From assembly GCA_950097015.1 (NCBI GenBank), contig CATNEN010000039.1, positions 8,990,001 through 9,054,000 of the forward strand: DNA of 64,000 bases. The letters run 5' to 3'. The position numbers and the translations under genes are program-made. This DNA comes from Macrostomum hystrix. Taxonomy: Eukaryota; Animalia; Platyhelminthes. Shown here in pieces: positions 12,939 to 26,400 of this stretch (position 1 is the first letter of the stretch; each line of letters opens with the position of its first letter). The notes below the pieces were generated by a model that was not told the DNA's origin, did not search any database, and was given only the letters and a program-made list of their open reading frames with translations.

Positions 12939-14695
12939 TGCTCGCTCGGGCTGGTGATGTCTTTAGTTACAGTGCAAAGCTAAAGTGGCAAATTTGAAGG
13001 GCGAATAATGGGTTGCTGCTTGCAGCAGGGCCACGAAACGAATGCATCAAGCCAAAGACTTCTTAAACTAAAAAAATGTTTTACGAAGTGCATGTCGATA
13101 TGACCGGAATGTAATGAACAGTATAAAACACGGTCACTCCAACTGAACTGAATCCTATGGTCTGATACTAACATGACTGGCTCAGTTTTCGGCCCTTAAA
13201 TCGACGAATTTTATTAGTTTTTTATAGGTAGTTTACACGGCATTTTCGAGCTAAATATTTAGTTAAAAAAGCTATTTGCTTTTCTCTTCAGACTTCTGTT
13301 CACATTTTGAATCAAACAGCCTCTGCGAAACAACGGAAAGATTTATTTAAAGAACGTAAACAACGGAAAGAGTTCTATTGGAAAGGGACAAATAATAACA
13401 CTTACTGGATACAAATAACACTCGCACCGCCAGCTGTCAGTTTGTGCCAATCTCCTTTGAGTCAGGCTATAGTCAGGCTACAGTTAAGTTTTTTATAGTC
13501 GAGCAGTTGTGGATAGAGAAGCGGAACAGCTCGCCTTCGTCTAGTTCCCGTTGGCTGCAACTCGACAGAACAATGCTCAAGTACCTGGATCGAGTTGTGC
13601 GAGTGCTTCCTTTTATTGGTTGCGGCAGAGGTAAAATCCACAAAGAGAATAAAGCAAGGAAAAGGGTTGGCCGCAGTAGCTGCAGTTTTATTTGGCACGG
13701 AAAGAAGAGTTTCCGAATCTTGTGGTTTCAATTGTGTGACAAATGTCTATTGAAGCTGCTTGGCCGGAGAGTCTGAGGCAGTGGGATTGGAGTGTTTCGC
13801 GAGTGTGCGCGAGTGTTTCACGCAGAGCAGTTCCAGTTGAGCAGTGCGCATGTTTCGTACATTGAAGCCCATTGTTCATTGATTGTGCTATTACCAAGAG
13901 AAATTTCTGTTAAAAAACCGAGACCTGTTTGCGTCCATGCGTGCTAACGATGAGTTAAGTGGAAGAAGCGGTCCGCACTGGTACATTCTGGACACTGCGT
14001 GCTTACAGCTTATGTATAATTCTTTTTAGTGCGTCAAGCCCTGTGTGGCTATGCGACTAAAGCCTTCATCATTTCATTTATAATCTCTTTATTCGTAGTA
14101 ATTATATAATAACTTTGATTTCGACGAAATTTTACACATAATTGACACCGACGATTTTTATTTTAGAAAAACAGTGCGTCAGCTAAGTTGGACTAGCTAG
14201 AAGCCTAAACACGGTCGTATAATACACAATTTTCTCAATGCGACTGCATGATGTAAGACAGCGCCTTCAAAACAAATGAGTTTTCTTGCTAACTCTTGCT
14301 TGCTCTTTTCTTGCTTGCCTCCCTGCGGAAGGGGGTGCAGTTCACCTTAATCTTCTATCTGATCTTTGATCTTTGAAATGGGAATTGTGTTTTCAATAAG
14401 TAAATGGCTTCGCTTCTAACAGCCAGCATTTGTAGTTGAATTGCGATCTCAGAATAAGAGACTTTATATTGTACACAACAGCAAAGCCTTAAATAGCCTC
14501 AATTCGACCATCGCTATGCATGACCACAGGCCACGATCGCAAAACTAAGTGCACCGGCTCATGCCAGCTCGCTTCTACTTCTCATGCCCAGGGCAGCATT
14601 TAAGTCCGCTTACTTAATTTATTCAGTATGTGAAATTTTGTAGATGCCTGCACCGTACGTAATGCAGCTGGGGCACGGTGGGTAAAGAAACTTAC

Positions 14696-14829
14696 TTTCT
14701 GTGCGTTCAACACAGGGCGCCAGGCTGTTCAGTAGCTATATTTGCCGCTGGGCACCTTCAGCCGTTGACGATAGCTGCGCCAGGAGCTTCATCTGCGTTG
14801 TTTAGGGTGTAGATCGAGGCTTCATGTAC
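14696..14829 (-). other. candidate non-coding (5'UTR) exon of the ZO-1-like gene
   Basis: GC-richer block bounded by a minus-strand acceptor (TTTGTTTACTCATACAG) and GTAAG donor; stops in all three frames; another minus GTAAG donor at 15148-15152. Confidence 0.35.
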
Positions 14830-16945
14830 CTGTATGAGTAAACAAAAAATATTAAATCAATATTTTTTTTCTTAATGTTTATAGTCATACATTTTGCATG
14901 ACATTGTTTTTTATGGAAACAACTTAACAGTGTACGAGTTTTGCTTTAAAAAAGATAATTTGATCATTACGTACGATCGTATTCTGATTATCAGATTTTT
15001 TCGCTCATCATGCAGATCACTTTGCAGACTGTCGACAACAATTAGTAGCAATTATATCACAATTACAGAGGGGCAGAGGGAAGTTTTACAAATTAGCATA
15101 AAACTAAGGAATACGTTATTAATTTAGTAATGCGCAACGACCTGATCCTTACTTTCATTAATGGAATTAAGAGAGATTCATTAAACAACTTCCTTGCCAA
15201 ATCCGGCTTCGAAGATGGACATCCAGCTTGTGGAAGTTGTTCGTTCTTAACAAAACATTTTTTAAAGGCGTTCAAAAAAGAGTAGGCAGTTTTTCTCACT
15301 TTTCAGATCTTTTATATCTTCGATTAAAACTATTTTTCTTCTTCTTTTAGGCAGCTAAATTCTGTTAAATTGTTTAAAAAAAATTGTCAATGAAGACACG
15401 AGGCACGATGGCTGCAAAACTACATATAACAGTAGGCTACAGACCTCAGAGTGCTTGGGTACCTAACTTTAATACACTAATACCTATCTTCTTTAATTAA
15501 TTCTTTAATTTAGGCTTGGCTAAGCAAAAAAATTTTCCGTTTAATAAACTTTTATTCTATTAGGCCTAGGCCTATGTTAAATTAATTAGTCGGAAAAAGT
15601 AATAAGGTTGCAATATCTACAATCTATGTAGTATCATTTCTATTTTTGTTTAGTTTACTGTACAAATGTGATTGACCTTTTTGTATTGAATAATACTGCA
15701 TTGTAAAATTTTAACTTAAGTCTATGTCTAATAATATATAATATTAATAATATGAGCCTGTACATGTCTTGAATCAGGCCTGTTGGATAAAAATGTATTG
15801 CAAGGTTATTCCAAATATAAATAAATGCTTTAATCATATTCATATTACATTTGTGATTCATTCATTCTTTTGTTTCTTGAAAAGTTCATTCTTTTTTTAA
15901 GAAAAAAAGGTACAAATATTGGACTATTTTGGGCTATGTTGGTACAAATGTTGGACTATGTTGCTTTGAATGGCAATTTTTTTCATAAATCTATAATTAG
16001 TATTTTTTGTAGTTTGCCTTCATTTTATATAAGTTGTAAACATGCTTGTTTAATATATTGCAAGCTCTCCTATCTTGGCTTGTAGACTAGCTAGAAGCTA
16101 GCTAATTAGGTATAATTAAATAGGCCTATACTATTTTCTAACTTCCATTAGTAGGCCTAATCTAGAATTCTAGTTGTTTTGGGCAAAAGCAATAATGGAC
16201 ATAACATTCCATCCCAAAACTATTTTGGCCCACATTTAATTGCTTTAATGTGATTTTGTCTGCTAGCACATTTTTTTATTGATAACAAAGATATATCACC
16301 GCAGTGTTACAATGCAAACAGTTAATTTGTTAAGTAATTGAAGTTATTAAACAAATTGGTTAAAATGATAGAAGTAAGGCCAGGGCATGCTCTGAAACAT
16401 GTACTACCATGACTGATATAACTATAAGACATAGTGAAAAATAAACACTGTCCAGTTATAAATAATTTTTTAATGTCAGTCTTTGAAAGACCATTTTATA
16501 CTTAAAAGATTTTCTAATGCTGAAGAGCCTGCTTGCTCTATGGCCCTATAGCTAGCTTTTTTACTTGATGTATGTAACATTATTGATATTTAAAAGTGAA
16601 GATAAAGTATACTAGTTGGACTCTAACACAGAAACGGAACTTGTCAATACCTAAACTCAGTTTTAGGCCTACCATTTTTATTAGAAACAAAACAACTTTG
16701 ACATACTATAAATTTCTTATTCTTTCTGTGTCTCTGTCAATAATATTAACAAATTAAAAATATAGGTATATAGGTAAATCTGAAAATAACATCTGCTGAA
16801 CATTGATATAGGCTTTCACTATTTCTTAAGTCAAATAGTTTCTTAGTTACATTTGCTCTAATGTGCTCATCTACATATTTCACATTACAGCAAGCCTTTC
16901 CAATTCACAATTAAAATTGCATTGTCTGTCCAATTGCTAATTTTT

Positions 16946-19900
16946 ATGTCTTCAAGTACAGCTGGGCCAGATAAGGACAGCAGAGCTCGCAGCAATGGCA
17001 GTGGAAGTCGCATGTATGTATTTACTGCCCCTCAGCCAGCAAAGCGGCCTCAACAGAAGCCAACTCAGCAGCAGCAGCAGCATGATAAGCCGCTCACGGC
17101 AGTCGAATCGCAACCTCGCAAGCCCCTGTTCTCCAGCAGCTCACCATATTGTTCAAAATTATCAAAGCTAGGCTCATCTTCAGCCGCATCGCCAGGTCAT
17201 CAACAACTACAGATCTCCGAGTCACCAGCCAGGAAGCAGCGTCGAACCGTTCTTCGGTTCAAGGAACTGTCGAAATTCTTGCTTGAACGTGTTGAGACTC
17301 AGTCGGATTCTGAGTCGCCAGCTGGCAAAGTGGTTAGTGTTGCTAAGCCCATTACACAACTGGAGCCTATCCAAGATCTAGTAGCTGAAGATCCACTGCT
17401 CATTGACAACCCGAGTAGCAGCGATGCTGCTGATCGAAGCTGCAGCCGAGCCGTTGATGGCAAACAGACTGGAAGCTTCTTTGGTCTGCCCGGGTTCATA
17501 AAGGACCTGCTGCAGAAGCACAAGGGCATTGAAAAACTTTATGGTAAGCCTTTTTTTTACTTTTACTTTCAAAATTGTTAGCGACTTCCCAGTTTCATTT
17601 ATTCCCTAATCTGCATCTGAAATCCCAACATGAGTAGTTTCGATCCCAGCATTCTCTCATAAAAAATTCCCATTTTGAGTAGTTAAGATCCCAAAATTCT
17701 TTCCCCCAAATCCCAGTTTGAGTAGTTAAGATCCCAAAATTCTTTCCCCCAAATCCCAGTTTGAGTAGTTGGATCCTCCCACACGTCGAATCCGCCCCTC
17801 CTAGCCACTCAAATCCGCCCCTTCCAGCTACTCAAATCCGCCCCATCCAGTTACTCAAATCCGCCCCTTCCAGCGTTCGACTCCGCTCCTCCCAGCCACT
17901 TGCTGTAAGATCCCAAAATTGTCTCATCCCAATTTTAAATTGTTAAGAAGTTCAGATCCAAAAATTCTTTTATCCCAAAACCCTATTTTGAGTAGTTAAG
18001 TTCTCAACATACTATCATCCCAAATTCCCATTTTGAGTAGTTAATATCCGAACATTCTCTCATCCTAAATCCCAGTTTGAGCAGTTAGGATCCCAACATT
18101 CTCTCATCCCAAAATCCCAGTTTGAGTAGTCAAGACATTCCACCGCCCACCCAGACTGGCAAATCGACTGTCTAACAATGCCCGAGGTGGTATCCGGGCG
18201 CAACCTGGTGTACAGTTTGCCAACCAGCGGCGGCAAGACCCTAGTAGCGGAGCTGCTAATCTTGCAGCAGCTGCTAGTTAAACGCCGCGACGCCCTATTC
18301 GTGCTGCCTTTTGTGTCCATAGTGCAGGAAAAGGTGCTGTCAACCAGCGCGCTGGGATTGGAGCTCGGCTTCCTAGTGGAGGAGTACGCCCACAGCAAGG
18401 GCCGGCTGCCTCCCGTTAAACGCCGAAATCGTCAATCTCTGTTCATTGCCACAATTGAAAAAGGACTTGCATTGGTTAATAGTCTGATTGAGGAGAAACG
18501 ACTTAACCAATTGGGCATTGTAGTTATTGACGAACTGCACATGATAGGCGAATCTGGTCGAGGTGCCACGCTTGAATCCTTGATTACTAAGGTGAGGCTA
18601 GTACGAGCGTACCTTTATTAATATTTATTAACTATTAATGTAAGTCTTTTAGCTTCTTATCCCAGCCCCTCAAATCCAGCGCTCGCGGCGACTCCTCCCA
18701 CACGTCGAATCCGCCCCTCTCAGCCACTCAAATCCGCCCCTTCCAGCTACTCAAATCCGCCCCTCCCAGCTACTCAAATCCGCTCCTCCCAGCCACTCAA
18801 ATCCGCTCCTCCCAGCCACTCAAATCCGCTCCTCCCAGCCACTCAAATCCGCTCCTCCCAGCCACTCAAATCCGCCCCTCCCAGCTAGTCAAATCCGCTC
18901 CTCCCAGCCACTAAAATCCGCCATTCCAAGCCCTCAAATCCGCCCATCCCAGCTACACAAATCCGCTCCTCCCAATCACTCAAATCCGCCTCCCTTGTTC
19001 GTCAAATCCGCCATTCCAAGCCTCAAATCCGCCCCTCCCAGTCCTTAATTGATGCAATCATTAATTAGAATTGGCTAATAAAACTTCAGGTGCGGTTCAG
19101 TTCGCCCGCGACTCGCCTGATCGGCATGAGTGCCACCATCAGCAATCTAGACCAGCTGGCTGCCTGTCTCAATGCGGCACTCTTCACTAGGAATTTTCGG
19201 CCAGTTCAATTGCGCGAATACGTCAAGATTGAGGATAAACTGTACCGGCTAGCGGTGCCAGCGACAGAGTCTAGCACTTCGCCGACTAGCCCGCATATGG
19301 CTTTCGATCGGCTAGTGACGCACGATGGCTACGGCTGCAGATTGTATCCGGATAAGGCTAGCAGGCTGGCTGATCCCGATTCGCTCTGCGGCTTAGTTGC
19401 AGAGGTGAGGCTGCAGATTATTGTCAATGGTTGAAATGAGTTAGCTAGTACTGTCAGTAGTATTTCAGTGTCAAACGGGTGCATATTTGACCAGGTGATA
19501 CCGGCCAAGTCCTGCCTAATATTCTGCCAATCAAAGAAGTCTTGCGAAAGTGTTGCCAACCTATTAGCTCGGTATCTGCCGCGGCGACTCGCTACTCCGG
19601 CTGGCGTTGGCGGTGACGTCATCGAGAGGAGACAGGTGAGTCATTGGGATCGGAAACTAGGCCCTTCTTGCAGTGAAACTGTATAAAATACATTCCTACA
19701 GTCCTTGGGATTTGAACATATCCCATTTCTACAGTCCTTGGGATTTCAACATATCCCATTCTTACAGTCCTTGGGATTTGAACATATCCCATTCCTACAG
19801 TCCTTGGGATTTCAACATATCCCATTCTTACAGTCCTTTGGATTTCAACATATCCCATTCTTACAGTCCTTGGGATTTCAACATATCCCATTCTTACAGT

Positions 19901-22900
19901 CCTTTGGATTTCAACATATCCCATTCTTACAGTCCTTGGGATTTGAAGATATCCCTTTCCTACAGTCCTTGGGATTTGAAAATCTACCATTCTTACAGTC
20001 CTTGGGATTTCAACATATCCCATTCCTACAGTCCTTGGGATTTCAACATATCCCATTCTTACAGTCCTTGGGATTTCAACATATCCCATTCTTACAGTCC
20101 TTTGGATTTCAACATATCCCATTCTTACAGTCCTTTGGGATTTGAAAATATCCCATTCCTACAGTCCTTGGGGTTTGAAAATATCCCATTTCTACAGTCC
20201 TTGGGATTTGAAAATCTACCATTCCTACAGTCCTTGGGATTTCAACATATCCCATTCTTACAGTCCTTGGGATTTCAACATATCCCATTCCTACAGTCCT
20301 TGGGATTTGAACATATCCCATTTCTACAGTCCTTGGGATTTCAACATATCCCATTCTTACAGTCCTTTGGATTTCAACATATCCCATTCCTACAGTCCTT
20401 TGGATTTCAACATATCCCATTCCTACAGTCCTTTGGATTTCAACATATCCCATTCCTACAGTGCTTGGGATTTGAACATATCCAATTCCTACAGTCCTTG
20501 GGATTTCAACATATCCCATTTCTACAGTCCTTGGGATTTGAAAATCTACCATTCTTACAGTCCTTAAAAATATCATTCTTTTCCTCCTTCTAAAGCCACC
20601 CAGTAATTCCATTCTTAAAACTATCCCCATTTCCGCTACATTAGGATATTCTTCCCTGCATTTCCTAGGCCCTAGCCAAGCGATTGCGCACCGAGGAAGA
20701 CGATGTCGGCGGCGGTGGCCGGCTCTGCCCGGTGCTGGCGGCAACCCTGCCAATGGGAGTGGCCTATCACCACAGCGGCCTCACAGCGGAGGAGCGGCGC
20801 TGCCTGGAGGAGGCCTTCGCTGACGGCACCCTGTGCGCAATCTGCTGCACCTCCACCCTTGCTGCCGGCGTCAACCTGCCAGCTAAGCGGGTCATTGTCC
20901 GCTCGCCCCTGGTTGGCGCCGCGTTCATCGGCCTGGCGCAGTACCTGCAGATGGTTGGCCGGGCTGGGCGGGCCGGATTAGACACGGAGGGAGAGAGTGT
21001 GGCCATTGTGCCGGCTAGGGATCAGTTGAGATTTGTGCAGATGCGCACGGACTCAGACTCGCTCAGGTTAGTTCACAGACTGATAGTTTGCCTTTCGTCA
21101 GCTTCCTTTTTTATCATTTTTTTTTAGTCTAGAATTACTTTCTTACTGTTTTGATTCCTCTTGACTGCATTATCATGGCCGTCATCTCATACCCGCCATT
21201 GTTTTATCCACCATTTCATACCCACCATCTCATACTCATGTCATTCTCATCTCATACTCACCTCGTTCTCATCTCATACTCTCCTCGTTCTCATCTCATA
21301 CTCACCTCATTCTCATCTCATACTCACCTCATACTCACCTCATAATCATCTCATACTCATCACATCCTCCCGCAATGCCCATTAACTTACTGCCGTGATC
21401 TCATGGCCCGCCAGATGTCGCAGTCGCCTATTGGAAGGCGCAGCTCTTCAGTCGCTGATCCTAAGCAGCCTCAGCCTGGGACTCACTCGCAGCCGGTCGG
21501 ACATCGCCAGACTGTTGGCTAGCAGCTTCCTGGCTGTGCAAACTTCGCCAGGCGAACTGGCTGAAGCTGTTGACGCCTGCCTGGCTAGACTGGACGCTCT
21601 GAAACTGTTGGGCTCTGAGAACCTGTGAGTGGCCGGTAGTTTTATTTTCTGTATTCATCTAGTTTTTTTTAGCACAATCGAGTCTTCTTACACCGACTTG
21701 CCCGATTGCCAGATCCGACCAGCCGTGCCTCACTGCCAGTCAGTTAGCCACCGCCTGCGTCAAAGGTAGCGTTGAGCCGGAGCGCGCAGCCAAAGTCCTG
21801 GCGGAACTTCGCCAAGCTCTTGGTGGCATGCAGCTTGACTCCTATGTGCACCTTCTATGGCTGGTTGTGCCACCGGACTGCCTGCCCGGCAACTCGGCTT
21901 TCGGCGAGCTGGCCGGATTAGCCGAGTCGGCAAGGCGACTGCCCGCTCTGCTGGACACGCTGACTCCGGAGGAGAGGCGCGCCATCGAGGCCTGCTCCGG
22001 ACTGGGCGAGGCGATGGCTGTGAGACTCGCTGCCGGCCGACCCCCCACTGCCGAGCAGCTGGTGAGCCTCGGGTTGCCCCTCACTCAAGTGTTTGACCTT
22101 TGGTTGCCCCTCACTCCAGTGTTTGACCTTGGGTTGCCCCTCACTCCAGCGTTTGAGCTTGGGTTGCCCCTCACTGCAGGGTTTAACCTTGGGTTGCCCC
22201 TCACTGCAGGGTTTGACCTTGGGTTGCCCCTCACTCCAGGGTTTGACCTTGGGTTGCCCCTCAGCCCCTTGGGTTTTCCCTATGTCACTCACTGAAGTAT
22301 CCATTTAAAACTGTTGCAGCCTAGACTCAGACGGGCACAGCTCACACTGGTTCTGCTCAGTCTGTGGCGCGGCGACTCGGTGTGGCGCGTCAGCGACCGT
22401 TTCAGCCTCAGTCGGGGCTTCGTTCAGCAGCTGTTGTCCTCGGCCGCGTCCACCGCCTCCGGCTTGGCCCAATTTGTGCAACCTTTCGACAGTTTGTGGG
22501 GCCTTCAACGCCTTCTGCCAGACTTTGCGCAGCGGCTGGCGCACTGCGTATCACCGGAACTGCTGCCGCTGATGCAGCTGCCGGCTGTGCGGCGCGGCAG
22601 GTCAGTTGAGTTGCGGAATTGAGTCTTCGAGCTCAGTATTTTAACGAATTTGCCTCTCGCTCCAAGGTCCCTGAGCTCGATTCCGCGGCGAGGCCATATT
22701 TATTTGGTATTTATTTTTGCAATTTACGCCCTTGAGGGCCAACCTCCAAGGCACAGTGAAAGTACAGATGTATACTCTGTGTGAGTGTGTGCCTGTGTAC
22801 AGTATCTTTTGTGCTCAGGAGTCAGCGAAACGGGCAGAATCGTTTCTATAGTTTTTCGGGCAATTTCTAGGAATGACATCTCGTGCCATTTCTAGGAATA

Positions 22901-23466
22901 ACGTCTCAGTGCTATTTCTAGGAATTATGTCTCCTGCTATTTCTATGAATAATGTCTCGTGCCATTTCTAGGAATAACGTCTCAGTGCTATTTCTAGGAA
23001 TTATTTCTCGTGCTATTTCTATGAATAATGTCTCGTGCTATTCCTAGGAATAATCTCTCTTAATAACGTTTTCCTAATATATTGTGTCTGGCCATGTCTT
23101 TAAGCATGTCTCTTAATAATGTCTCGTCATCAATCACCGAATGAATCCCGGACCCGCAGGGCTCGCCAGCTGTACCAGGCCGGCTTCACCACCCTATCGA
23201 AGGTGGCGGCTGCGACTGCGCGCGAACTGTCAGCCAAGGTTGTCCACCTGCCAGTTGGTCAAGCTCGCCGCATGGTCGCCTCGGCTCGCATGCTGGTGCA
23301 GGACGCGGCCGAGTCGTTGCAGTCGGAGGCGCGCGACCTTCTAGAAGGCGTCGCCGGTAAACTGCGGCTGCCGGAGGATCAGCCGGCGATTGCCGAGTCC
23401 GGCGATAAGCCGTTGTCTCCTCCAACCGCCGCCAACGGCTCCTGCGAGGATTTGTTTGAAGATTGA
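16946..23466 (+). CDS. HELQ: HELQ (helicase POLQ-like, Ski2-type SF2 DNA helicase), about 1011 aa; true start uncertain
   Basis: Exons 16946-17543, 18155-18591, 19090-19404, 19495-19635, 20669-21066, 21415-21624, 21713-22061, 22320-22600, 23160-23466 splice in frame (3036 nt). Motifs [57 protein letters not shown]; stops without a polymerase domain, so HELQ not POLQ. A further upstream exon (ATG about 15390) is possible. Confidence 0.93.
17620..18135. repeat. 43-bp minisatellite in HELQ intron 1, interrupted by a 23-bp-family insert
   Basis: TTTGAGTAGTTAAGATCCCAAAATTC... units at 17674, 17717, 17760. Confidence 0.8.
18660..19045. repeat. 23-bp C-rich minisatellite (ACTCAAATCCGCTCCTCCCAGCC), HELQ intron 2
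   Basis: Tandem units visible. Confidence 0.9.
19690..20565. repeat. 33-bp minisatellite (TACAGTCCTTGGGATTTCAACATATCCCATTCT), HELQ intron 4
   Basis: Tandem units; source of the repetitive ORFs. Confidence 0.95.
21215..21365. repeat. CTCAT/CTCAC-based low-complexity repeat, HELQ intron 5
   Basis: Repeated TCATCTCATACTCACCTC. Confidence 0.75.
22068..22265. repeat. 30-bp minisatellite (GGGTTGCCCCTCACTCCAGGGTTTGACCTT), HELQ intron 7
   Basis: Starts within about 10 bp of the donor site. Confidence 0.9.
22625..22815 (+). mobile_element. SINE-like dispersed repeat, family 2 (copy 1)
   Basis: Shares CAAGGTC..TGAGCTCGATTCCGCGGCGAGGCCATAT (B-box-like), TTTACGCCCTTGA.GGCCAACCTCCA.GGCACAGTGA and TGTGTGAGTGTGT.CCTG.GTACAGTATCT with 51876-52090. 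Confidence 0.7.
22862..23055. repeat. 25-26-bp minisatellite (TTTCTAGGAATAATGTCTCGTGCTA), HELQ intron 8
   Basis: About eight tandem units. Confidence 0.85.
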
Positions 23467-26400
23467 GTCTCGGCTGTTTTAGCTGTCTTAGGAAACGTCT
23501 TTCCACTCATTTTTCATGAATTTTATATATATTTATATATTTATGCGTGCATTCTAGTTTTTTCTTATTGTTGTAGCTATTCAATCATTTAAAATTAGGA
23601 TTAGGAATTTTCAATTGGTTCGTCTGTTAACGGTTGTTAAAATTGGGATAATGAAGTTCCGTTGGTTTGGAAATTTGATTGGTTGGGGCATGTAAAAGGG
23701 GGATAATAAAGTACATTGGCTGTGGAATGGGAAAATGAGAATGGGTGAAATCCATAATTTGACGGTTCTGGGGTCGGTTAAACTTGTTATTGTTTTAATT
23801 TTATAGTACAACGTGATTAATGCATTTGTTAATTCCAATTCTTGCATTCAGCGGATTATGTAAGCTGGTTTACAGTGTATTATCAGCTATGTTAACCAGC
23901 ATTTCAAAATTGTACATTTCTGTTCTGTATTTATAGATTTCAGTGTCAGAATAGAATTTTCCCAGGAAATATCACTTCTTATCACTTCTTTGCTGCTTAT
24001 ATCAAAGCAAAATTATACCATAATTAATTACGACCTACTTACACCTTGTCTTTGTAATCTACAATTCAAGAATGGCAATTCAACAATCCTTAGTTCTTTT
24101 GTATGCGGTAAAATTTCAAGCAATCCTAATAAGACTGCAAGCCAGTGAGGGAGTGCCACAGCAATAAAATCAGTTTGAATTCGTCTATGTTTACGAGTAA
24201 TTCAAAATCGTAAGTGCAAGTGTAATATTCCTAATATTATCTGAAGTACAACCTAGCCCTGAAATTAAATGTTAATGTTATGAAAACTATGTTTTCTGTG
24301 GATGAATTTAAGTCAGAAAGTGAGGAAAATTCGTCTGAAAAAGTATCCCATCACCAAGTGCAACTTTGCGTGTGACTTTTACAGCATATTGAGGTTTCAT
24401 GAGTCTCTTGTCGAGGATGATGTCGAGTTCATAGTAAATATTAGCTGAAAATGCCAGAGCACATGGAGTTGTGAATTTCTGGCGTCCTGGCTTCTGCCAT
24501 CTAGTTGCAGTCTTTGTAGCTTACGATCGTCCGGATGCTGCGGCAGGAAAAGACACGATAATGGATTGTATCAGAGGTTATCTGAAGTATGAATCTATAT
24601 AACGACATTCTTATGGCTGCCCAAAAGGAACTAGGCAGTCTATGGTGACCCAAAATGTGCTACTGAATGCTCTTTCTTTTAGTGCATGTTTTTAGGGTTA
24701 TAAATATATTATTATAAATTTAAGATCTGATAGTGATGAATAAATTCTAAATTTACAATACAAATATGCAACGACAAGCAATACAGACTAATGATTACTG
24801 ATTTCAGAATCAGCAATTTAATTAAAGCGGATAAGGCAGAAAATTTCCGACATAGTTTTCTCGCTAATTATATAATTATATAATTATTTTCTCACCGCTC
24901 TTCCAGTTCTGATACTTACTGAACTCCTAGTGCTGATCAAGCGCGCGGTTTTATATTTCATTTGATATATTCAGCTATATAGATTTTATATCCTCATTAT
25001 ATTGGCTTGATTCCGTGAAACTACTTAAACAAAAGCTTACTACATTAAATAAAGATCATCAAATTTTTTGTCTACTAAGCCAAATTTAGTTTACTTTTTA
25101 TGTTTAATAAACTATTCGTGCAGCGTTTATTTGTACAAACTAGAGTAACTTTTTGTGAAAACTGATTTTGCCGTCCATTTCAATTTTAAGAGTTAGTATC
25201 CGTATCGCGGCTCATAGACCACACGCTAGCTTAGTTTGAATGCAAAACAGAACTAATCTAAATCGCATCTGGTAGACAAACAATGAAAACCACATTTTCT
25301 TTCAATTATAAACGTATACCGACTTCGCACCGGTAACTTAGCAAATATAGTTTTTTTAAGAAATGGCTTTTTATTTTGGACAACTTGACTTTATTTCATC
25401 AGTGTCGCCGTCCGCCTATCAAAATCAAATAAGCGACTGCTTTCGTAACTTGAAGTACAGACCACATAACTTCACATTTCTACTCAGTCGAAAGTATAGG
25501 AATATAAAAATTTTGGCTTTTGATCGGGTGAGTGGTCTGTACCATCATAAAATGCTAATCTAAAATTTTTTAAGTAATTCATACAATTTTTCATTAAAAT
25601 AAAGAAAATTACAATTAATGCTTGCAATTGTTCGTAAATGTAAGATAAAAGTAAATTTACAGAAAAAGTATACTAGAAAGTAAAATTGTATCCTTACTTT
25701 AAGATTTTTTAAATTTTGTCAGATTTCCTGAATAATTTCCTGCATTTCCTACAAAATTACTGCATAATTTTTAATGAAATCTTTATGTTTCATTTGTGTT
25801 TATGTTTAAGCTACAAAGACAATATTAGTTTGAAGGCGATAAATAATATATATTTTTATTAGGTTCCGTTTTAACACTTTAATTTAGTTTTGTTAGTCTT
25901 ATTGTAATCAATAGTCCAAGTTGAAGCTAAATTAAATATGATTAAAAATTTAAATTCTGAACTCTTTATAGTCTTAAAGATAATAAGAAGACTTAATATA
26001 TATATATGTACTTTATATTTTCAAACTTTTATTTTTACCATTTCAAGTTTAGCTTTATTCAAATTATACGTTTTTTAATGCACTGACACTGGCTAAAGCA
26101 TTTTAAATCAGTAAAATCTAATAAAATCTATAATATGAATATTTTTAATGCTACTGGCTGGTTGGTGCATATTGAACAATTTTTTTTATTTTCTAATTTT
26201 TATATTTGAAGGCAGATATAAAAGAGAACTGATAGTGTTTTTTGTTAATTTAGATAGAGACCTACAGACTTTTTTGGTATTTGCTTTATAAATATAATAG
26301 CCAAAGCATTTTTTTAGAAAATTCTAAGACTCATAGCGAGCGGCAATGAGAATTCGGCATCTGAGCAGCTTGTTGTACTGAGCGGCGCGTCTGCTCCAGA

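Noticed and set aside
19619-20753. Repetitive ORFs in HELQ intron 4
   Set aside because: 33-bp minisatellite; HELQ splices across it in frame.
16946-23466. POLQ (DNA polymerase theta)
   Set aside because: Reading frame ends after the helicase C-terminal region; no polymerase domain seen downstream.
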